In this document: piece by piece, positions 19,392 to 28,299 of the stretch
Numbering within the stretch: position 1 is the stretch's first letter
Layout: every line of letters begins with the position of its first letter
Assembly (NCBI GenBank): GCA_038206875.1
Contig: JBBRAK010000001.1
Location: 67,925 to 131,924, forward strand
Reading direction: 5' to 3'
Length of the DNA stretch: 64,000 nt
Source of the DNA: Candidatus Saccharimonadales bacterium
GTDB lineage: Bacteria; Patescibacteriota; Saccharimonadia; Saccharimonadales; JBBQAJ01
Translations under genes and position numbers: made by a program
The notes under the pieces: generated by a model
Seen by the model: the letters and a program-made list of their open reading frames with translations, nothing else
Told to the model about the DNA's origin: nothing
Database searches by the model: none

Positions 19392-20513
19392 ATGCAGGAG
19401 ATAGTATTTTCGCCGAGTGATTTTGTAGCGGTTTTGAACCAGACATTGGATTTTGCGTACCCAATCGTTACTATCGAAGGCGAGCTGGCAAATTTGCGAG
19501 TCAGTCGTGGCAAATGGGTGTATTTTGACGTAAAAGACGACCAGGCTAGTGTGAAATGTTTCGGCACTGTATATATGCTTCCAGGACCACTCGAAGAAGG
19601 CATGATAGTGCGGATTGCGGCAAATCCGCGCATGCACCCTCTATATAACTTTAGCCTAAATTTGCAGTCAGTATTACCGGTGGGCGAAGGCAGTATAAAG
19701 CGCGCTTCTGATTTGCTTTTTAAAAAACTGGACAAAGAAGGTTTGTTTGATGATTCGCGCAAACGTCCAATACCATACTCTCCACAAGCGATTGGCCTAA
19801 TCGCTTCCCAAGAATCTGCAGCCTATGCTGATTTTGTAAAAATCCTTGGTGCTCGTTGGGGAGGGGTAAAAATAAGCCACTATGACGTTCAGGTGCAGGG
19901 AGAGCCGGCAATTGAAAGTATAGTCCAGGCGATCAACCACATTAATCAAATGCCCTTGTTGCCTGAAGTTTTGGTAATCACACGCGGAGGGGGAAGTGCT
20001 GATGATTTGGCGGTTTTTAGTAGTGAACAAATAGTTCGGGCAATAGCCGGAAGCCGTATTCCAACTGTTGTAGCGATCGGTCACGAAATAGACACTAGTT
20101 TGGCTGAGCTTGTAGCTGATTTGCGTGCTAGTACGCCGTCAAATGCTGCCGAGCTGTTGGTGCCAGACAAAAAGCATATGCTGACATTGCTCAAACAATC
20201 CAATGCACAACTATCAACTGCTCTGAAAAGTCTTTTCAAATCACAGCTAGAATATTTCCGAAAAGTGACTTTGGACATGGTAAACAGAGTGGATACTGTG
20301 TATATAAATAGCGTTGAGATGTTACAAAAAAAGTCCCAGATACTTGATATCCTAAACCCACAATCGGCTTTGAGCCGAGGCTATGCAATAGTTAGAATGA
20401 ACGGCGTCGCAGTAAAAACAATAAAAAAACTGCGCGTGGGTGATGATGTTTCTCTTGAAGTTGGTGATGGCAATGCTCAAGCAACGATAAATAAGGTAAG
20501 CTATAAGGCATGA
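19392..20513 (+). CDS. xseA: Exodeoxyribonuclease VII large subunit
   Basis: IEGELAN...YFDVKD, RGGGSADDL, AIGHEID, STPSNAAE, LSRGYA. Confidence 0.95.
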   Translation: MQEIVFSPSDFVAVLNQTLDFAYPIVTIEGELANLRVSRGKWVYFDVKDDQASVKCFGTVYMLPGPLEEGMIVRIAANPRMHPLYNFSLNLQSVLPVGEGSIKRASDLLFKKLDKEGLFDDSRKRPIPYSPQAIGLIASQESAAYADFVKILGARWGGVKISHYDVQVQGEPAIESIVQAINHINQMPLLPEVLVITRGGGSADDLAVFSSEQIVRAIAGSRIPTVVAIGHEIDTSLAELVADLRASTPSNAAELLVPDKKHMLTLLKQSNAQLSTALKSLFKSQLEYFRKVTLDMVNRVDTVYINSVEMLQKKSQILDILNPQSALSRGYAIVRMNGVAVKTIKKLRVGDDVSLEVGDGNAQATINKVSYKA

Positions 20514-20695
20514 CAACTATAAAATCTTATACGCAAATGCAGACAGAGCTCGACGATGTTCTGGAACAACTGCAATCTGATGGTTTGGACATAGACAAAG
20601 CTTTGGATTTGTACAAAAAGGGCCAAAAGCTGGTCGAACAACTGGAAAACTACCTAAAAACAGCCAAAAACAAAATAGAACACATCAAACAATGA
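20510..20695 (+). CDS. xseB: Exodeoxyribonuclease VII small subunit
   Basis: ELDDVLEQLQSDGLDIDKALDLYKKG; overlaps xseA stop. Confidence 0.92.
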   Translation: MTTIKSYTQMQTELDDVLEQLQSDGLDIDKALDLYKKGQKLVEQLENYLKTAKNKIEHIKQ

Positions 20696-21192
20696 CCTGG
20701 CTGATTTTGCTTGGAGTGTTTTTTGTTTTGATATTTAGTTTTGTAATTGCTTTTGGGGCGCCTTTTTTGCCGACTTTGAAAGCCCGTACACCAGATATTT
20801 TCAACTTATTAGACATGAAACCAGGTCAATCATTGTTGGAACTGGGAAGTGGGGATGGGCGAATATTGCGTGCTGCAGCTGAGCGCAAAATATACGCCAT
20901 CGGCTATGAGCTGAACCCTGTCTTGGTAGTTTGGAGCATGCTTATAAACTGGAAATATCGCAAATATATCAAAGTTCATTGGGGAAATTATTGGAGAGTG
21001 AAGCTGCCTGTAACAGATGCAATTTACGTATTTCTACTGAATCCTTATATGAAAAAGTTGGATACAAAAATTACGCTGGAGATGAAATCTAGGAAGACTG
21101 TTTCTCTAAAGGTTTGTAGTTTTGCTTTTCAGATTCCGGGCAAAAAACCTGTCAAGGAATTGAACGGACTATACCTGTATAAGTATAATTAA
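20692..21192 (+). CDS. Membrane-anchored class I SAM methyltransferase
   Basis: N-terminal TM, GAPFLPT, LELGSGDGR, GYELNP. Confidence 0.85.
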   Translation: MTWLILLGVFFVLIFSFVIAFGAPFLPTLKARTPDIFNLLDMKPGQSLLELGSGDGRILRAAAERKIYAIGYELNPVLVVWSMLINWKYRKYIKVHWGNYWRVKLPVTDAIYVFLLNPYMKKLDTKITLEMKSRKTVSLKVCSFAFQIPGKKPVKELNGLYLYKYN

Positions 21193-21240
21193 TCCCAAAA
21201 CACGTTGAATTCTAACGCTAACTCCGTTAACATTAGCGGT

Positions 21241-21972
21241 ATGCCACCGCAACAGCATAATCAACCATTTCAACCATACCCGGTATCACCCGAGCCAATA
21301 GAGGCGCACTCTATGAAGGCTAAAAAGTCTAAAAAATCTCTGATTTTGTTGATATCGCTTATTTTGTGCGTGCTTTTGCTACTTGGGGCTTTGGGATTTG
21401 GTTATTGGGCGTATAGCTCTCAGCAAGACTATAAAAACAATTCAGACAAAAAATCTGATGCAGCCGTAACGATTGCAGTAGAAAAAGAATCAACCAGAAA
21501 AGACAACGAATTTACTGAAAAAGAAAAAAATCCGCTGAAAACCTACCTTGGTCCAGCGGCATTCGGCAGTATTGAAATTCAATATCCAAAAACCTGGAGT
21601 GCGTTCGTGACCGAAACTGACAAAGGTGCAAGACCAATAAATGGGTTTTTTCACCCTAGTTTTGTTCCAGATACACAGGGACAAACGGCATTTGCGCTAC
21701 GACTGGAGGTGACAAATCAATCATTTGAACAGGAAATGAAACAGTACGACTCCAAGGTAAAGGCAGGAAAAGTCACAGTTACGCCATATAGTGCAAAAAA
21801 CGTACCGGGCACCCCAGGCGCGAGAGTGACTGGAGAACTAAGCCAAGACAAGCAAGGAGTCATGGTTGTACTACCAAGCAGGGATAAAACCATAAAAATA
21901 TATACAGAATCACAACAGTTTGTAGGTGATTTTGACAATATAATATTAGCCAACCTGAAGTTTGTTCCGTAG
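21241..21972 (+). CDS. Single-TM exported protein with PsbP-like domain
   Basis: P/Q-rich N-terminus, TM, coiled coil, IQYPKTW motif, FDNIILANLKF end; promoter TTGAAT-17-TAACAT. Confidence 0.65.
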   Translation: MPPQQHNQPFQPYPVSPEPIEAHSMKAKKSKKSLILLISLILCVLLLLGALGFGYWAYSSQQDYKNNSDKKSDAAVTIAVEKESTRKDNEFTEKEKNPLKTYLGPAAFGSIEIQYPKTWSAFVTETDKGARPINGFFHPSFVPDTQGQTAFALRLEVTNQSFEQEMKQYDSKVKAGKVTVTPYSAKNVPGTPGARVTGELSQDKQGVMVVLPSRDKTIKIYTESQQFVGDFDNIILANLKFVP

Positions 21973-22027
21973 AAGTTTGTTGTTCAATGATGGTATAATT
22001 TCTGGTATGTAAGGCGAGGGAAGTGCC

Positions 22028-22726
22028 TTGGTATATGGGAGCCCAGAAGATCAATTATTTACGGCACTAGCAGAACAGCTAAAAGTGCCGTTACTTCAAA
22101 TTGCACGACTGAGTGAACTAGCAGGGGAGTCACAACTTCCTAGGATTTCGGCAGTCAGCGAGCATGCTCTGCGACTAGTAGATGCATATTCTCAGGCCCA
22201 CTCCCAGAATCAAGTCAAACTACTACTAGAGCCAGTTACCTCTAGTGCTATTTTGTATGATGTAGCAGTAGCTTTGCAGCCGTTTGCCAAACAGTGGGAC
22301 TACACTTTAGAAATTGATCAACAGGGCAGAGGCGTGCCAATAATGGCACATAGAGACAGCCTACGGACCATGTTGACCCTGCTTGGCGCGAGCTTGATTG
22401 AAGCCAGCGCAGATGACTTGGACATACCACGACATCTAGTCCTTGGAACACACAGTAGCTCCCGCGGAATTGTGGTTGGGGCGTTTAGTAGTCATTTGGG
22501 TCTTTCACAGCGCGCACTGCAACTCACTAGAGAGCTTCACGGTAGGGCAACTCAAGTTGTTCCGTCACTGGGGCTTACGGGAGGTGCTGGGCTAGCGATA
22601 GCAGATAAATTGAGCGAACAGATACACGCACCGCTTAGAGCATATCGTCACCGCACGCTTTCAGGCATAGGCAGTTTGTTACCGCCCAGTCATCAACTAC
22701 AATTATTAGAACTCGTCCAAGCATAG
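22028..22726 (+). CDS. Degenerate (pseudo) histidine kinase, HisKA/HATPase-like
   Basis: H-box-like ALAEQLKVPL lacks His; G2-like GGAGLAIA retained; N and G1 boxes not recognisable. Confidence 0.65.
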   Translation: MVYGSPEDQLFTALAEQLKVPLLQIARLSELAGESQLPRISAVSEHALRLVDAYSQAHSQNQVKLLLEPVTSSAILYDVAVALQPFAKQWDYTLEIDQQGRGVPIMAHRDSLRTMLTLLGASLIEASADDLDIPRHLVLGTHSSSRGIVVGAFSSHLGLSQRALQLTRELHGRATQVVPSLGLTGGAGLAIADKLSEQIHAPLRAYRHRTLSGIGSLLPPSHQLQLLELVQA

Positions 22727-22727
22727 C

Positions 22728-22852
22728 TTTACTGCCATAAACTGGCAGATTCTTGACTGCAAATCCAGCATCACTCGTCAACATAACTATGGTTATGCTT
22801 CCTTGCGCTACTGTATTTTCGTCCAAGAATTGCTCGGTTTCTGACCAGTAAA
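22728..22852 (+). other. 125-nt rod-like hairpin between pseudokinase and pseudo-receiver
   Basis: TTTACTG/CAGTAAA, AAACTGG/TCGGTTT, ATTCTT/AAGAAT, CAG/CTG, CATAAC/GTTATG. Confidence 0.6.
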
Positions 22853-22862
22853 TTATGCTAAG

Positions 22863-23264
22863 ATGAGTTCTGAAGTGAAAATTTTGCTTGTGGAACCAGA
22901 CCAAATTTTGGGAGGCGCAGTTCAGTCCGCACTACAGGACACTAATTATGATGTGGTTTGGAAGCGCACTGCTCAAACAGCGCTCGACGAACTGGATGAA
23001 TCCTCTTCTGGTGGTCTACCGGATTTGATAATTCTGGAACTACAGTTGGGCGTGCATAACGGAATTGAGTTTTTGTACGAAATCGCGTCATACCCAGAAT
23101 GGCAACACATACCGGTCATTGTGCATACTATAAACGCTAAAGCACAGGATGAAATATTTGGTGCGTCATTTGAGCAACTCAAAGTAAAAGCTGTGTTATA
23201 CAAACCAAAAACTAGCACAATGCAGTTGGTTCAGGCTGTAAATCAATTTGCGTTGGTGTCGTGA
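22863..23264 (+). CDS. Atypical receiver domain (phospho-acceptor Asp replaced by Glu)
   Basis: ILLVEPD, PDLIILELQL (D to E), VHT, LYKP. Confidence 0.8.
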   Translation: MSSEVKILLVEPDQILGGAVQSALQDTNYDVVWKRTAQTALDELDESSSGGLPDLIILELQLGVHNGIEFLYEIASYPEWQHIPVIVHTINAKAQDEIFGASFEQLKVKAVLYKPKTSTMQLVQAVNQFALVS

Positions 23265-23953
23265 AACAAACTATTACCAGAGCTGTAGTGTTGACCAGAA
23301 CTAATTATCAAGAAGCTGACAGGATATTGACTTTACTCACGCCAGAACATGGAAAAGTAAGTGTTCTTGCCAAAGGCGTACGTAAAAGTAAATCCAAAAT
23401 GGCAGGGGGAATTGAACTATTTAGCGTCTCGGAAATCGGTTACATCCAGGGCAAAGGAACGCTCTGCACACTAACTACTTCTAGATTGATAAAATATTAT
23501 GAAAACATTGCCCAAGACATAGACAGGACTATGCTGGGCTACGAACTGATTAAACTTTTGCACAAAGTTACCGAAGACCAACCAGAGCAAGAATATTTTG
23601 AACTTTTAATTGAAGCGTATGAGGCTCTAAATAACTCCAAAATTGATAAAAACCTAGTCAAATTATGGTTTTACTCTCAATTGCTACGAATAGCTGGTCA
23701 CACGCCTAGCTTGCGCAGTGACTCGGCCGGAAAGCCACTTAATAAAGACGATAAATATGTGTTTTCGTATGATGATATGGCATTTAGTCCTAGCCGGGAA
23801 GGAGTTTATCAGGCAGAGCACATAAAATTTCTACGACTAGTCTTTAGCGGTAACAAACCAGAAATTCTACAAAAAGTAACGGGGGTTGAAAAACTAATTA
23901 AGCCCGTCCAAGCTCTAATTCAAACGATACTCCCAAATCATGTGAGAACTTAG
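23261..23953 (+). CDS. recO: DNA repair protein RecO
   Basis: AVVLTRTNYQEADRILTLLTPEHGKVSVLAKGVRKSKSK. Confidence 0.93.
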   Translation: MKQTITRAVVLTRTNYQEADRILTLLTPEHGKVSVLAKGVRKSKSKMAGGIELFSVSEIGYIQGKGTLCTLTTSRLIKYYENIAQDIDRTMLGYELIKLLHKVTEDQPEQEYFELLIEAYEALNNSKIDKNLVKLWFYSQLLRIAGHTPSLRSDSAGKPLNKDDKYVFSYDDMAFSPSREGVYQAEHIKFLRLVFSGNKPEILQKVTGVEKLIKPVQALIQTILPNHVRT

Positions 23954-23966
23954 GGGTACGGCACTA

Positions 23967-23995
23967 TTGACATACGTATTGTAATGTGATAGTAT
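23967..23995 (+). promoter_or_regulatory. sigma70 promoter TTGACA-17-TAGTAT
   Basis: Hexamers 23967-23972 and 23990-23995; AAGGA SD. Confidence 0.65.
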
Positions 23996-24031
23996 GTAAA
24001 TTGTGAAAAGCAAATACAACAAGGAAACAAA

Positions 24032-24325
24032 ATGTTAAGTCCTAAAAGTTATGACAGAATAAACGGTAAAGCGGCGGTTGATGATTTAATCGAAGCTCGT
24101 CTTGCACAGCATGAACTTGGAGAGGCGCGTAAAAAAACAAAAGCTGATATACTCGGAAAAGTGGCTTCAGACGCTAATATTGTGACAGTTGATGGTGCAC
24201 ATCAAGCGACAGTAGAAACCCAAGCCATTACTGGGGAGCACCCTGCGGTTGCCAGACTCGAAGCAATCACTAGCGAGATTCCGGTTATCACACCCCAAGA
24301 CAATACTGGCGAACACCCAGCATAG
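24032..24325 (+). CDS. Orphan hypothetical protein
   Basis: 97 aa with promoter and SD; internal repeat TGEHPA twice. Confidence 0.65.
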   Translation: MLSPKSYDRINGKAAVDDLIEARLAQHELGEARKKTKADILGKVASDANIVTVDGAHQATVETQAITGEHPAVARLEAITSEIPVITPQDNTGEHPA

Positions 24326-24368
24326 GCACTATACGTACAGATAGGTTTCAGATATAATCACTCGTAAT

Positions 24369-25745
24369 ATGAGTGAAGTAAAGCTAGAAGATATTGTTTC
24401 GCTATGCAAACGCAGGGGATTTATTTTTCCTGGGTCAGATGTGTATGGTGGTTTGAGTGGTACCTGGGACTACGGTCCGTTGGGGCTCGCTCTCAAGAAA
24501 AACATTATGAACTTGTGGTGGAAGATGTTTGTAGATGACCGCGACGACATGTACGGAGTAGATGCAGCGATACTTATGAATCAAAAAGTCTGGCAAGCCA
24601 GCGGTCACGTAGATACATTTACCGACCCGCTAGTGGAATGTAGTAACTGCAAAGCACGCCTCAGAGCCGATCATATAGAAGGCGATGCATGTCCAGTTTG
24701 CGGTAAAGACAAAACACTTAGTAAACCACGCGATTTTAATATGATGTTTGAAACCGTTGCAGGTCCAACGGGGCAAATAATGTCGTATGAAGGTGGCGAA
24801 TCAATGAGCTTTGCGGATGGAAGTCCCATGGCCTATGCGGAATCCGGAAAGGCAAATCTCATTTACCTGCGTCCAGAAACGGCACAGGGGATATTTACTA
24901 ACTACAAAAATGTTGTAGATGCGTTCTACCCAGACGTGCCATTTGGCATTGCTCAGCAGGGAAAAGCGTTTCGAAATGAGATATCTCCACGTGACTTTGT
25001 GTTTCGTAGCAGGGAGTTTGAACAGATGGAGATAGAGTATTTTGTACATCCTGACAATTGGGAAAAAGAATTTGATAATTGGGTAAAAAACGTATACAAG
25101 TTTCTAGACGCAATTGGTGTGCCAAAAGACAAAATTCATGAAACTGAAGTACCAGAAGCCGACCGCGCACACTACAGCAAACGTACAATTGACTTTGAAT
25201 TTGACTTTCCGCACCGCAAAGATGAGTTACTTGGGCTGGCTTATCGCACGGATTTTGACCTGCAAAACATCCAAAAAGCTTCAGGCAAAAATATGGAATA
25301 CCGACCAAAAGACGGTAGTAATGCATACGTACCACATGTGATTGAACCAAGCTTTGGAGTGGAACGGGCAATTATGGCAGTACTGGTTTCTGCATATGCT
25401 GAGGATGAGCAAAACGGAGAAAAGCGTACGTATTTGAAGCTGCCAGCCAACATCGCTCCTGTAAAAGTTGCCGTAAGCCCACTGCTAAAAAACAAACCAG
25501 AACTAGTAGCCAAGGCTAGGGAAGTCTACGAAATGCTCAAAAAAGAGCTTGGAAACGTCATGTATGACGACAACGGCAACATAGGCAAAAGATACCGCAG
25601 GCAAGACGAAATAGGCACCCCCTACTGCGTAGTAGTAGACTTCGATACCCTAGAGGACGACACTGTAACAGTCCGCAACCGCGACACCACCAAACAAGAC
25701 CGCATCAAAATCAAAGACCTTATATTTACAATTGAACCAAGATGA
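24369..25745 (+). CDS. glyQS: Glycyl-tRNA synthetase, homodimeric (alpha2) type
   Basis: LCKRRGF, YLRPETAQGIF, AFRNEISPR..FRSREFEQME, HVIEPSFGVER, IGKRYRRQDEIGTP. Confidence 0.97.
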   Translation: MSEVKLEDIVSLCKRRGFIFPGSDVYGGLSGTWDYGPLGLALKKNIMNLWWKMFVDDRDDMYGVDAAILMNQKVWQASGHVDTFTDPLVECSNCKARLRADHIEGDACPVCGKDKTLSKPRDFNMMFETVAGPTGQIMSYEGGESMSFADGSPMAYAESGKANLIYLRPETAQGIFTNYKNVVDAFYPDVPFGIAQQGKAFRNEISPRDFVFRSREFEQMEIEYFVHPDNWEKEFDNWVKNVYKFLDAIGVPKDKIHETEVPEADRAHYSKRTIDFEFDFPHRKDELLGLAYRTDFDLQNIQKASGKNMEYRPKDGSNAYVPHVIEPSFGVERAIMAVLVSAYAEDEQNGEKRTYLKLPANIAPVKVAVSPLLKNKPELVAKAREVYEMLKKELGNVMYDDNGNIGKRYRRQDEIGTPYCVVVDFDTLEDDTVTVRNRDTTKQDRIKIKDLIFTIEPR

Positions 25746-26308
25746 AAAAGTTTGTTTTTGTAAGACATGGGCAGAGCACTGCCAATGCCAACAAAACCAT
25801 AGCAGTGGATGATACGCCCCTAACTGACTTGGGCATTGAACAAGCAAAAATTACGGCTATGGAAATCGCCAAACTAAATATTAAAACTATAGTCTGTTCG
25901 CCATTGCGAAGAGCCAGACAAACGGCGGAAACAATTGCAACTGCTCTAGGTATAAATCAAGGCGAAATAAAAATCATTGATGAATTAAGAGAAAGAGGTT
26001 TGGGCGATTTAAAAGGTAGAAAAAAGCAGCATGATTCAAACTATTACTATGTCGTAAATAATGAGCATAACGTGGAAGCGCATGATATAACTACTGCGAG
26101 AGTGAAAACAGCTCTTAAAAAAATTGAAACAGTAGCGCGCGTAGACTCGGTCCTTGTAGTTGGACATGCAATATCGGGCTATTTTTTGCTTGAGGTTGCT
26201 AGCGGCAGAAAAGATTATTCAGAGTTTGAACCCCCTGAGGAAATTATGAACGCCAATTTTATCATTGTAGACTTAGACAGGCACAATTTAAAAACGATTG
26301 AAGAATAA
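25742..26308 (+). CDS. Histidine phosphatase family protein
   Basis: VRHGQS, SPLRRARQTA, LRERGLG, VVGH. Confidence 0.9.
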   Translation: MKKFVFVRHGQSTANANKTIAVDDTPLTDLGIEQAKITAMEIAKLNIKTIVCSPLRRARQTAETIATALGINQGEIKIIDELRERGLGDLKGRKKQHDSNYYYVVNNEHNVEAHDITTARVKTALKKIETVARVDSVLVVGHAISGYFLLEVASGRKDYSEFEPPEEIMNANFIIVDLDRHNLKTIEE

Positions 26309-26331
26309 ACAACTGGTACAATTGAATCAAG

Positions 26332-26886
26332 ATGACGGATAGTATTTTTAGACATTTTGTGTTGATTGCATTTGTTATATATTGGTCTGTTGTGTTGATT
26401 ATGATTCGTAAATGGTGGGGAGGTAGACACTTAACGATTAGTTTGCATGCTTCTACAAACGCTACGACTCGAAAGTTGTTTGCTGTGTTGGTTATTTTGG
26501 AGACTATTCTGTATCTGTTGTTTTTATTTAAGTGGTTTATACCATACTATGGGATGCCCTATGTGTTTGGAGTTTTGGTCATACTTACTTTGGGAGGGCA
26601 CTTCGTAGCCGGAATAATTCCGGAGACTAGGGGACTAAGTAAAACAATTCATAGGTGGGCATCGTATTGGTCGGTGGCTTTGTTTGTACCAGAATTGATA
26701 ATAATCGGCATGACACCTAGTATCTCGCCAATTGTCAGAACGATTGCACTAGTTTTTTCTGTTGTTTTGATTTGGGCATGGTATATGTTTTTGTTTAAGT
26801 ACAACAGACGTGAAGACATACTCAACCAAGCACTCTACATCAGCTCTTTGCCAGTTGTTTTGATTTTGTCTGCTTACGTTCGTTGA
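26332..26886 (+). CDS. Hypothetical multi-pass membrane protein
   Basis: About six hydrophobic segments, conserved-looking His residues (SLHA, IHRW). Confidence 0.7.
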   Translation: MTDSIFRHFVLIAFVIYWSVVLIMIRKWWGGRHLTISLHASTNATTRKLFAVLVILETILYLLFLFKWFIPYYGMPYVFGVLVILTLGGHFVAGIIPETRGLSKTIHRWASYWSVALFVPELIIIGMTPSISPIVRTIALVFSVVLIWAWYMFLFKYNRREDILNQALYISSLPVVLILSAYVR

Positions 26887-26981
26887 TTGATGCGATAAGC
26901 AAATTTGTTCATATGGAAGTTTATACTGCTTTTGTTTAGAGCGTTTGCAGAGAGTATGATTCTATAAGAAATTGAATTTTT

Positions 26982-27323
26982 ATGGGAAACGATACAAGGG
27001 AAAAACACGCAGATTTAGAAGTATTGTCGGTGTTCGCAAATGCGGTTTTTGAAGAATGCCCTGACAATGGACTTACTTGGTGGGAGTTTTCTCATTCTTC
27101 GGCACTTGATGACTATGATGGCCCCGATGTATCTACTGTATACGGTCTGCTCGAAGAGGCTAAATTGCTAGAAGCAGTTCCCGTGACATCAACTCAGCAC
27201 GAAGTCAATGCAAAAAACTCTGGTGAGCGTTTGCACCCAGGCGTAAAAGTGGTAAGAATTACAGAAAAGGGAATGAAATATTTTGGAAATCTGATTTCAA
27301 AAGAGCTCCAAGACAGCAAATAA
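26982..27323 (+). CDS. Hypothetical protein, possible winged-helix
   Basis: LEEAKLL...VRITEKG wHTH-like ending. Confidence 0.55.
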   Translation: MGNDTREKHADLEVLSVFANAVFEECPDNGLTWWEFSHSSALDDYDGPDVSTVYGLLEEAKLLEAVPVTSTQHEVNAKNSGERLHPGVKVVRITEKGMKYFGNLISKELQDSK

Positions 27324-27396
27324 ACCTCAGTGCTACATCGAACCAATACGAAATGCTATTGCTTGCATAAAATTTGAAACAAACTAAGGTAGTAGG

Positions 27397-27810
27397 ATGG
27401 CCTTTTTGGAAACAGGAGTATTTTGTAGCGCTGCAGAATATAATCGAAACACACCAACACGAGCAAACGAACAGAGTATGGGTGCAGATGATATATATAA
27501 TCTTGCTGTATTGTTAGAAAGCGAATCAAGACCTGCTGCAAAGCTAGCAGTTCAAACGCAAGGGATTTCACATGGGGCGGGTTTTGTGGCCGTGCGTTTT
27601 GCATTTCTAGACGGAAATTTAAAACCAACAATTCAAACGGAACAAGTACTGAGCAACGGCTTTATCGATACATTCAGCGGAATTAACATAATAGCTTCTG
27701 GCACAACAGAGAGTTACAATATTGCCCAAGCATATTTCAAAGATTTTTTTGACGACCAATTAATCGAAGCACTGGCTCAAAGTACCGAGCTTGAAACTGC
27801 GGGCGTGTAA
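27397..27810 (+). CDS. Orphan hypothetical protein
   Basis: 137-aa ORF with AGG SD, fills the gap. Confidence 0.55.
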   Translation: MAFLETGVFCSAAEYNRNTPTRANEQSMGADDIYNLAVLLESESRPAAKLAVQTQGISHGAGFVAVRFAFLDGNLKPTIQTEQVLSNGFIDTFSGINIIASGTTESYNIAQAYFKDFFDDQLIEALAQSTELETAGV

Positions 27811-27840
27811 AACGGGTAGAATAAGAACCACGAAAAGCAA

Positions 27841-28137
27841 CTAACATTGTACTGACGAATAGGACTCACTATCAACAACTACTCCTGCTGAATCCAATAC
27901 ACCGCTAATCACTCTAACCTCGCCGAGATTGCCGTCGGGATGAGAAATATTAGCAACAAGTCCAAAGGTTTCTTCTGGTGTATTTTCACGCCCAAACTCT
28001 GGGTGTGATATATCTGCGATTGGACCTAATAATCTTCGACGTTGCTTAACATAATCTGCATTATCTGGGTCTATGGGTGAAACTTCAGGTTGATCACCAA
28101 GCTCATCTAATAATTCTCTGCGTGCATCGCTAGACAT
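27841..28137 (-). CDS. Orphan acidic hypothetical protein
   Basis: 98 aa; TGnTATAAT 10 nt upstream of ATG. Confidence 0.6.
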   Translation of the reverse strand: MSSDARRELLDELGDQPEVSPIDPDNADYVKQRRRLLGPIADISHPEFGRENTPEETFGLVANISHPDGNLGEVRVISGVLDSAGVVVDSESYSSVQC

Positions 28138-28238
28138 AACTATCTCTATTATAACATACTAAAACACTAAGTATTACAAATGAGCCAAGTATTTTATTGT
28201 CTAAGTTGCTTTTCGTGGAATCATAAGACAGAATATCC

Positions 28239-28267
28239 TTGACAATAATGGAATAAACTGCTAGTAT
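28239..28267 (+). promoter_or_regulatory. sigma70 promoter TTGACA-17-TAGTAT
   Basis: Hexamers 28239-28244 and 28262-28267. Confidence 0.65.
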
Positions 28268-28299
28268 ATATTCGTTAGTTAAAAATAAAAAGTATAAAT

